This document shows positions 25,808-32,657 of a stretch of 32,657 nucleotides of DNA, one piece after another (within the stretch, counting starts at the first letter, position 1; every line of letters starts with the position of its first letter). The translations under genes were made by a program, and so were the position numbers. The stretch is from Candidatus Sericytochromatia bacterium (GTDB taxonomy: Bacteria; Cyanobacteriota; Sericytochromatia; S15B-MN24; JAQBPE01). The notes under the pieces were generated by a model, which ran no database searches, was not told the origin of the DNA, and worked only from the letters and a program-made list of their open reading frames with translations. The stretch covers positions 1-32,657 of the forward strand of contig JAYKHR010000077.1 in NCBI GenBank assembly GCA_035285125.1, in the 5' to 3' direction.

Positions 25808-27190
25808 ATGTTCAACGCCAACGACAAGCTTCAACGTGCCTTGCTCGCCGAGGGCGGCCTGCGCCGCCTCGGCGCCTGCCTCGCCACCGTGGCCGCGCTC
25901 ACGGCCTCGGCCTGCGGCCAGGCTGCGCCCCGGGCGACGCTCGTGACCTCGCCCGTGACCTCCGCGGAGCAGCTGCAGCAGCACGAGCAGGAGGTGCACG
26001 GCGAGACCCACCCCAACAACATCCTGCCGTTCCTGGCGGCCACCGAGGGCGGGCGCAGCCTGCAGGCCGTGGCCGCCTCGGCCATCAAGCCCGCCCACGA
26101 GCTGATGATCACGGACCTCAAGGTGGTGGAGGACCCCGTCCGTTCGGCGCCCGGCGGGGCCTGGCACTTCGGCACCCTGATGACCCGTATGGCTGGCGGC
26201 AAGAACCCGTCGCAGTTCACGCGCAGCTGGCTGCGCGCCTGGGAGGTCGACCGGACGGTGAACGGCGACGTCTCCCCGGCCCGCAAGGCGATGAAGCAGG
26301 CCGTCACGGATCGCTGGCTCGCGGCCAGCGGCGGCGCCTCGCTCGACCTCGCCAAGGCCCCCTTCCGGCTGCTCGCCATCGTGAACCGCCTCGACCTGCG
26401 GACCAGCGGTAACGCGGGCGAGGGGCGGCTGATCTACGGCGTGCTCGACGAGCTCGGCAACCCGCTGCCGTTCACCGTGATCTTCGAGTACGGCATCCCG
26501 CTCGCCAACGCCAAGGTCGGCTCCGTCGAGGCCTGGGCGAACCGCTGGCATGCCCTGGCCGGCCTGCCGCTCGGCTCCACGGCCTACAACAGCACGCTGG
26601 AGGCCATCACCGACACCTTCACCGGGGCCAACGCGAACCCGGCCCGGCCGAACGGCAGCGCACTGAACCAGCTGCGCACCAACGAGATCGCCCTCGGCAG
26701 CTCGTGGGAGCTGCGCGAGTTCCAGGTCTCCGCCAAGTCGGGCCTCCTCGCCCAGGTCACGGTCAAGCAGTCTCCCAAGGAGTCGCTCAACAACTCCCCC
26801 GAGCTCGCCGCCTTCCTGAAGGCCAACGCCGGCGCCGTGCGGGCCGGCAAGCACGTGATCCCGGCCCGCCTGCTCGGGTCGAGGTCCTCGACGGACGTGG
26901 GCACCTGGCGGGCCCCCGGGGTGGCTGAGCCCGTGCGCAAGGCCTTCGCGGTGGCGACGTGCATCGGGTGCCACCAGGCCGAGACCAGCACCGGCTTCCT
27001 GCACGTCGCGACGCGGCGGGCGGGCGAGGCGGCGGGGCTGTCGCGCTTCGTGCAAGACATCGAGCTGCCGGCGCGGTCCCGGGACCTGGCGAGCCTGGTG
27101 ACGGCTCCGACGCCGACGCCGAGCCCCAGCGTGGCCCCCACGCCCAAGCCCAAGCCCCGGCCGACGGTGAAGCCCTTCGGCAGGTCCTAG
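25808..27190 (+). CDS. Uncharacterised probable lipoprotein with a single CxxCH heme-binding motif
   Basis: RRLGACLATVAALTASAC signal/lipobox-like segment. Conserved-looking blocks APFRLLAIVNRLDL, AGEGRLIYG, QLRTNE and WELREF; TCIGCH at 26960-26974; PT/PK-rich tail. Start could be 25793 or 25808. Confidence 0.75.
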   Translation: MFNANDKLQRALLAEGGLRRLGACLATVAALTASACGQAAPRATLVTSPVTSAEQLQQHEQEVHGETHPNNILPFLAATEGGRSLQAVAASAIKPAHELMITDLKVVEDPVRSAPGGAWHFGTLMTRMAGGKNPSQFTRSWLRAWEVDRTVNGDVSPARKAMKQAVTDRWLAASGGASLDLAKAPFRLLAIVNRLDLRTSGNAGEGRLIYGVLDELGNPLPFTVIFEYGIPLANAKVGSVEAWANRWHALAGLPLGSTAYNSTLEAITDTFTGANANPARPNGSALNQLRTNEIALGSSWELREFQVSAKSGLLAQVTVKQSPKESLNNSPELAAFLKANAGAVRAGKHVIPARLLGSRSSTDVGTWRAPGVAEPVRKAFAVATCIGCHQAETSTGFLHVATRRAGEAAGLSRFVQDIELPARSRDLASLVTAPTPTPSPSVAPTPKPKPRPTVKPFGRS

Positions 27191-27270
27191 CCTCCGGTAG
27201 CTGTCTTCCTCCCTGCTCCTCACTCCCTCGTGCGCCCGCCGCTTGTTGCAAGCGGCGGGCGCGCGGGTAG

Positions 27271-30200
27271 GTGCCCTCCGTGACTGTCGCAACGTGGCTG
27301 CTGGAGGCTGCCCTCAGGCCCCCCCAGGCGCCGGCACCGCAGGTGCACCCGGCCTGGCTTATGCCTTTCGAGGCGTGGCCCCTGGTGCAGGTGCTGGATG
27401 CTGGCCCGGGGGCTGGCAAGACCGTCGGGCTGCGCCTGCTGCTCGACGCGGTGCCCGCCGGCTGGGCGCGCGTCTGGCTCTCGCTCGACGGCACGGCGCT
27501 CGACGCCCGCACCATCTACCGCCTGCTGGTGCACGGCGTGCGGGACCAGGTGCCCGGCTTCGGGGCCGGGCTGTCGGACCGCCTCGGGGGCGAGGCGGCC
27601 GAGCCCCGGGCGGCCTGGCTGGCCTTGCTCGACGAGATCGCGGCCTGCGGGCTGCCCGGGGTGGTCGTTGCGCTGGACGACGTGCACCGCCTCGACGAGG
27701 GCGGCCGCGAGGGGCTGCGCGTGCTGCTGGCGCTGTTGGCGCTGCGGCCGCCTGGCCTGCGGCTGCTGCTCGGCACCCGCACCCAGCTCTCGCTGGGCCT
27801 CGCACGGCTGGAGGGGCAGGGCGTGGCGCGCGTGTTCGGGCCCGCGCAGCTGCACTGGTCCGCGGGGGAGGCCGAGGCCTTCTTTGCCGCCGTGGGTCTC
27901 CCGGCCGAGCGCCTGGCGGCGGCGCGGGCGCTGGCCGCCAGGCTGGAGGGGTGGCCGCTCGGGGTCGTGCTGGCCTGCCGTGGCCACGAGGCTCCCCAGG
28001 CGTTGCTGGGCGGAGGGGATGGGCTCGCCGCCGTCACGGCCTACCTTGCCGAGGACGTCTTCGCCGCCTGCAGCGGGCCGATGCAGGCGCTGCTGCTGCG
28101 GCTCTCGCTGCTGCCTGTGGTGACGCCGGCGGCGGCCCACGTGCTTTGCCCGGACCTGGACGTCGACGTGCTGATGGCGCAGGCCGAGCGTGAGCACCTG
28201 CTGCAGCGGCTCGACGGTGGCAGCCGCCATCGCCTGCCGGCTTACATGCGGGAGTTCCTGCCAGGCGAGCTCGCGCGCCGGGTTCCCCCCGACCAGCTGC
28301 GGCGCTGGCACGCGCAGCTGGCCGATGCCCACACGGCCTGGGGGCGCCATGAGGACGCCCTGGCGCATGCCCTCGCCGCGGGCGCCTGGTCCCAGGCGCT
28401 GCAGGCCGGTCAAAGGTGCTTCCCGGCCATGCGCTACGACGGCCGCAGCGACGTGATCGCGCGCTTCCTGGACGGCTTCCCGGCCCAGGCCGTCGAGCAC
28501 GAGCCCCTGTGGTGGCTCTGGCGCGGTCTCAACTCGGCCCATGCCGGCGACTACGAGGCCGCCGGGGTGACCTATGCGCGCGCGCTGGCGCTGGCGCAGC
28601 GGCAGGGCGACGCGGCGCTCCAGTTCCGGCTGGCGGTGGTCCAGGCCAGCCAGGCGCTCGTGGTCGGCGACGAGGAGCGGCTCCAAGCCTACCTCGCCAC
28701 GGCTGGCGCGCTGCAGGCCGAGGGGCTGGAGGAGGACCGGGTGGACCTCCTCCTGGTCCAGGCGTCCCTCGCCGAGCGCGAGGGCGACCTCGTGCGGATG
28801 CAGCAGGCCAACGAGGCCGTCCTCGGCGTGCCGTGCGGCGCGAACGTGGAGCTGATCGCGAGCCATGCCATCGCCATGCGCAACCTGTTCAGCCTGGCCT
28901 ACCACCGGGGCGATCGTGCCCGGGCCAAGGGCCACGTCGCCGACCTCATGAGCCATGCGGGTCGAAACGGGCTCGCCGCCGCGCAGCGCTTTGGGGAGTT
29001 CATGCGCGCCTTGCTGCACCTCGAGGAGGGCGAGGCCGCCGTGGCCGAGCAGTTCTTCCGCACCCTGCCCGAGCGCTGGCCCGACGGGCTGGACTGGTTC
29101 GACCGCAGCCTCGCGCGGGTGGCGCTCGCCGAGTGGCACGCGGCACAGGGCCGCCGGGCCGAGGCCGAGGGGGAGCTGCGGCTCGCGCTGCTCACGCTGG
29201 AGGCCGCGCGCTTCGATGATGGCCGCGTCCTGATCCTCGAGCGGCTGCTCTGGCTGCACCTTCGCCACGACGCGCCCGACGCGGCCGAGGCCGTGATGGA
29301 GGCCCACGAAGGCCCCTGGCGGCTGGACCCCGCCAGCTGGGGAAAGCTCCCGATGCACGAGGCGGCGCTCGCCCTCGCGGTGGCCCGCCTCTGGCAGGTG
29401 CGCGGGGAGCCCGCGGCGGCCTTGCAGGCCAGCCACACCCTGGGCGACCGCCTCGCCGCCCTGGCCGCCAACGGCTACGCCGCGCGGGCGCGGCTCGTGC
29501 AGGCCAGCGCCCTGGTTGCCCTCGGGCGGCGTGACGAGGCCCGGGCGGCCCACGACCAGGCGGCGCGGCTCGCCCCGGGCTCGCTGGCGGCTGTCTGCCC
29601 CGCTCGGGCCATCTGGCTTGAGCTCGAGGACCTGCGCCACGACCAGGTGGAGCCCCCCGCGTCCGCGGCTCCGCCCCTGAGCGCCCCGCTGACCGGGCCC
29701 CGGGCCGAGGAGGCCGGCGTCGGCCTGGAGATCCGCGCCCTCGGCACCTTCGAGGTCCGGGTCGACGGGGTGCGGATCGAGGTGTGGCCGCGTCGTCGCG
29801 CCCAGCAGGTGCTGCTCGCCCTGGCACTCTACCCCCGCGGCCTGTCTCGCCCGGCCCTCGCTGAGCTGCTCGGCGAGGACGGCCAGGACACCAGCGGCCT
29901 GAGGGCGGCCTGGTCGACCCTGCGCAAGGTGCTGGAGCCCCGGCTCGGCGCGCGGGCGGCCTCTGGCTACCTCGTCGTGGAGGACGAGCGGCACGCCCTG
30001 GCCCCGGCGCGCATCCGCTACTGTGACCTCCACGCCTTCGAGGCGGCCCTCGCCGAGGGGCGTCGCCTCGAGCGCAGCGACCCGATCGCCGCAGCGGAGC
30101 GCTACGCCGCCGCCGTGCGGCACTACCGGGGCCCCCTGCACGGCCTCGCGCGCTTCGACGCCGAGCGGGAGGCCCTCGCGGAGCGGGCCAGCGCGGCCTG

Positions 30201-30450
30201 GCTCTGGCTGTCCGGGCACCACCAGCGGCACGGCGCGATGCTGGCGGCCGAGGCGGTGCTGGTCGATGCGACGGCGGTGGCGCCGGACGACGAGGCCGTC
30301 TGCCTGGCCCTCATGGCGCTGCACCACGCCCAGGGGCGCCCGGAGCGGGTGCGTGTCGCCTACTGGGACCACCGGCGGGCGCTCGCGACGCTGCGCGGCG
30401 TCAGGCCCTCCGAAGAGGTCGACGCGCGCTACCAGGCGTGGTGCGGCTGA
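27271..30450 (+). CDS. MalT-like STAND NTPase/TPR transcriptional regulator with C-terminal winged-helix + BTAD module
   Basis: AGPGAGKT (Walker A), WLSLD, VVALDDVH (Walker B), LEGWPLG, YLAEDVF and a helical TPR region; then IRALGTFEVRVDG...LRKVLEP...DLHAFE...HYRGPL...LMALHHAQGR (SARP-type wHTH-BTAD). Confidence 0.88.
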   Translation: MPSVTVATWLLEAALRPPQAPAPQVHPAWLMPFEAWPLVQVLDAGPGAGKTVGLRLLLDAVPAGWARVWLSLDGTALDARTIYRLLVHGVRDQVPGFGAGLSDRLGGEAAEPRAAWLALLDEIAACGLPGVVVALDDVHRLDEGGREGLRVLLALLALRPPGLRLLLGTRTQLSLGLARLEGQGVARVFGPAQLHWSAGEAEAFFAAVGLPAERLAAARALAARLEGWPLGVVLACRGHEAPQALLGGGDGLAAVTAYLAEDVFAACSGPMQALLLRLSLLPVVTPAAAHVLCPDLDVDVLMAQAEREHLLQRLDGGSRHRLPAYMREFLPGELARRVPPDQLRRWHAQLADAHTAWGRHEDALAHALAAGAWSQALQAGQRCFPAMRYDGRSDVIARFLDGFPAQAVEHEPLWWLWRGLNSAHAGDYEAAGVTYARALALAQRQGDAALQFRLAVVQASQALVVGDEERLQAYLATAGALQAEGLEEDRVDLLLVQASLAEREGDLVRMQQANEAVLGVPCGANVELIASHAIAMRNLFSLAYHRGDRARAKGHVADLMSHAGRNGLAAAQRFGEFMRALLHLEEGEAAVAEQFFRTLPERWPDGLDWFDRSLARVALAEWHAAQGRRAEAEGELRLALLTLEAARFDDGRVLILERLLWLHLRHDAPDAAEAVMEAHEGPWRLDPASWGKLPMHEAALALAVARLWQVRGEPAAALQASHTLGDRLAALAANGYAARARLVQASALVALGRRDEARAAHDQAARLAPGSLAAVCPARAIWLELEDLRHDQVEPPASAAPPLSAPLTGPRAEEAGVGLEIRALGTFEVRVDGVRIEVWPRRRAQQVLLALALYPRGLSRPALAELLGEDGQDTSGLRAAWSTLRKVLEPRLGARAASGYLVVEDERHALAPARIRYCDLHAFEAALAEGRRLERSDPIAAAERYAAAVRHYRGPLHGLARFDAEREALAERASAAWLWLSGHHQRHGAMLAAEAVLVDATAVAPDDEAVCLALMALHHAQGRPERVRVAYWDHRRALATLRGVRPSEEVDARYQAWCG

Positions 30451-30610
30451 TGGGGGCGATGCCGGACCGCCTCGCCGGTGGCCGGCTGACCGGAGGTAGA
30501 ATGGGCGGGCGCGCTCCAGATTCGCCCCGGCGATGCCGAAAGGTCGAGAGGGGCCGTGGCTGGCGGCGTCGCCCGTCCGCCTGCGCCCCGATCGCCCACG
30601 GAGCTGGCCG

Positions 30611-31570
30611 TTGACCCCGTTTGCCCAAGCCCCCCTGATCACCATCCTGGTGCCCTGCTTCAACGAGGGGGCGGGGGTGGACGCGCTTCATGCCGCCCTG
30701 ACGGCGGCCCTCGCGCCGCTTGCCGTCTACCGCTTCGAGCTGCTGTTCGTGGACGACGGCAGCTCCGACGACACCTTGTCGCGGCTGCTCGCGCTGGCCG
30801 GCCACGACGGGCGCGTGCGCGTCGTCGAGCTCTCGCGCAACTTCGGCAAGGAGGCGGCCCTGTCGGCCGGGCTCGACGCGGCGCGGGGCGACGCCGTGAT
30901 CCCCCTCGACGCGGACGGCCAGGACCCACCCGAGCTGATCGGCCGCATGCTGGCGCTCTGGCGTGAGGGCCACGAGGTCGTGCTCGCGCGGCGCGTGAAC
31001 CGGGACGCGGACGTGTGGCTGAAGCGCACGAGCGCGGGCCTCTTTTACGCCCTGCACAACGCCATCTCCTCGATCCAGATCCCCGAGAACGTGGGGGACT
31101 TCCGCCTGATGGACCGGGTCGTGGTGGACGCCGTCTTGCGGCTGCCCGAGCGCCAGCGGTTCATGAAGGGGCTGTTCACCTGGGTCGGCTTCCGGCAGGC
31201 CACCATCGACTACGTCCGGCCCGCCCGGGCCCAGGGGGCCTCGAAGTTCTCGACCCTGCGCCTGTGGAACTTCGCCCTCGAGGGCATCACCAGCTTCAGC
31301 GTGGTGCCGCTCAAGGTGTGGACCTACGTGGGGCTCGCGGGGGCTGCCTTCACGGCCACCTACGCCACCTTCATCTTCGGCCGCGTGCTGCTGTACGGCA
31401 TCGACGTGCCCGGCTACGCCTCGTTGCTGGTCACGATGCTCTTCATCGGCAGCCTGCAGCTCATCAGCGTGGGCATCCTCGGGGAGTACATCGGGCGCAT
31501 CTACCTCGAGGCCAAGCAGCGCCCCGTCTACGTCGTGCGGCGCCTGCACGAGGGGCGCGATGGAGCTTGA
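30611..31570 (+). CDS. GT2 glycosyltransferase, GtrB-like bactoprenol glucosyltransferase
   Basis: ILVPCFNE, FVDDGSSD, LSRNFGKEAALSAGL, DADGQDPPELI, GDFRLMDR, two TM helices and GEYIGRIYLEAKQRP. TTG at 30611 after GGAG preferred over ATG at 30533. Confidence 0.93.
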   Translation: MTPFAQAPLITILVPCFNEGAGVDALHAALTAALAPLAVYRFELLFVDDGSSDDTLSRLLALAGHDGRVRVVELSRNFGKEAALSAGLDAARGDAVIPLDADGQDPPELIGRMLALWREGHEVVLARRVNRDADVWLKRTSAGLFYALHNAISSIQIPENVGDFRLMDRVVVDAVLRLPERQRFMKGLFTWVGFRQATIDYVRPARAQGASKFSTLRLWNFALEGITSFSVVPLKVWTYVGLAGAAFTATYATFIFGRVLLYGIDVPGYASLLVTMLFIGSLQLISVGILGEYIGRIYLEAKQRPVYVVRRLHEGRDGA

Positions 31571-32297
31571 GGCCTACCGCGAGATGGCGGCCACGGAGGC
31601 CACCCACTGGTGGTTCGCCGCGCGCCGCGCCATCAGCCGGGCCGTGATCGCCCGGCTGGGGCTGCCGCGGCCCGCGCGCCTCCTGGAGGTGGGCGCCGGC
31701 ACGGGCGGCAACTGGCCGATGCTCGCCGAGTTCGGCAGCGTGGCGGCCGTCGAGGCGAGCCCCGAGGCGATCGCCCTGGCGCGCGAGGCGCTCCCGCCCG
31801 GCCTGGCCGTCGACCTGCGCGAGGGTCGCCTGCCTGAGGCTATGCCCTTCGCGGGCCCCTTCGACCTCGTGTGCCTGTTCGACGTGCTCGAGCACATCGA
31901 GGACGACGCGGCGGCGCTGCGGGCCCTGGCGCCGCTGTGTGGCCCCACGGGCCGGCTGCTGCTCACGGTGCCGGCCCACCCGTGGCTCTGGAGCGCCCAT
32001 GACGCCTTCTTGCACCACCGGCGGCGCTACACGGCGGCCGGGCTGCGGGCCTGCCTGGAGGCCGCGGGCTTCGAGGTGCTGCGCCTCACGCCCCTCAACG
32101 CCTGGCTCTTCCCCCTGGTGGCGGGCGCCCGACTGCTCGGCCGGCTGACGGGCGGGGCGGGCGCCGTCGGCTCCCCCCTGCCGCCCCCCTGGCTCAACGG
32201 CCTGCTGCGGGCCATTTACGCCAGCGAGCGGCACTGGCTCGCCCGCGCGGACCTGCCGGTCGGCGTGTCGCTGCTGGCCGTCGCGCGGCCTCGCTGA
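31560..32297 (+). CDS. Class I SAM-dependent methyltransferase
   Basis: HWWFAARR, LLEVGAGTGGN, FDVLEHIEDD and TVPAHPWLWSAHD...HRRRY. Overlaps the GT2 stop by 11 nt. Confidence 0.92.
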   Translation: MELEAYREMAATEATHWWFAARRAISRAVIARLGLPRPARLLEVGAGTGGNWPMLAEFGSVAAVEASPEAIALAREALPPGLAVDLREGRLPEAMPFAGPFDLVCLFDVLEHIEDDAAALRALAPLCGPTGRLLLTVPAHPWLWSAHDAFLHHRRRYTAAGLRACLEAAGFEVLRLTPLNAWLFPLVAGARLLGRLTGGAGAVGSPLPPPWLNGLLRAIYASERHWLARADLPVGVSLLAVARPR

Positions 32298-32657
32298 CTA
32301 CCGGCCCGCCTGGCGCCCGAACACCCAGGTGGGGCGGGGCCGGCCCATCACCGGGGTCTCGACGCGCGCGACCTCGCGGTAGGCCGGCAGCTCCCAGCGC
32401 AGGATGGCCCGGACCTCCTCCGCCTGGCCCCGGTCCGGCAGCACGACGATCACGGGGGGGCGCCCGTGCAGGATGCTGGCGCGCAGGGTCTCGACCTGGT
32501 CGGGCGAGAGCTCCCTGGCCTGGGGCGGGGGGTACAGGGCGCTGGGCGCCACGCTGGCCCGGCCGCTGAAGAAGTAGTAGAAGCCGCCGACGGGCAGCGC
32601 CAGGATGCGGGCGTCCGGCGCGGTGTTCGCCACGAGCCAGCGGATCACGGGCGCCTC
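32298..32657 (-). CDS. C-terminal fragment of a hypothetical protein (possibly the extracytoplasmic tail of a GT-C membrane protein)
   Basis: Frame is open to the window edge. WLVANTAPDARILAL...YYFFSGR resembles C-terminal domains of ArnT/PMT-like proteins. Confidence 0.55.
   Translation of the reverse strand, partial: EAPVIRWLVANTAPDARILALPVGGFYYFFSGRASVAPSALYPPPQARELSPDQVETLRASILHGRPPVIVVLPDRGQAEEVRAILRWELPAYREVARVETPVMGRPRPTWVFGRQAGR

Noticed and set aside
23266..25827. 853-aa ORF as a single protein
   Set aside because: The N-terminal half is an off-frame read of the 24621-25523 gene; the real start with RBS and lipobox is at 24609.
27220..30663. 1147-aa minus-strand ORF
   Set aside because: Antisense shadow of the STAND regulator; Arg/Gly/Pro-rich with no motifs, as expected in high-GC DNA.
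1..32657. tRNA/rRNA genes, IS elements, integrases, prophage or known defence systems
   Set aside because: No recognisable motifs; the STAND protein has a transcription-regulator output rather than an Avs-type effector.

Overview
Very GC-rich bacterial chromosomal segment with about 27 plausible genes. No rRNA, tRNA, CRISPR array or mobile element was detected. Housekeeping genes: sucC, sucD, mce, recO, Hsp20, an RpoD-family sigma factor, DAACS and MFS transporters and an aldo/keto reductase. Interspersed are (i) at least six predicted lipoproteins: a triple-tandem-repeat lipoprotein, convergent C11 (clostripain-like) and C10 (streptopain-like) cysteine peptidases, a PA14-like protein, an unknown lipoprotein and a CxxCH-bearing lipoprotein next to a MalT-like STAND/BTAD regulator; and (ii) two GT2 + SAM-methyltransferase pairs with YfhO/GT-C-like membrane proteins. 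The cyanobacterial-style Hsp20 N-terminus and recO/MFS linkage hint at a non-photosynthetic Cyanobacteria relative such as Sericytochromatia (inference). The most interesting signals are a short shared motif (YRVLQA / YKLAQA / WALRQA / GRSLQA / YRLLG) at domain boundaries of five unrelated lipoproteins, suggesting a common maturation or sorting system, and several apparently leaderless genes with extended -10 promoters. All family calls come from motif recognition by eye; no searches were run.
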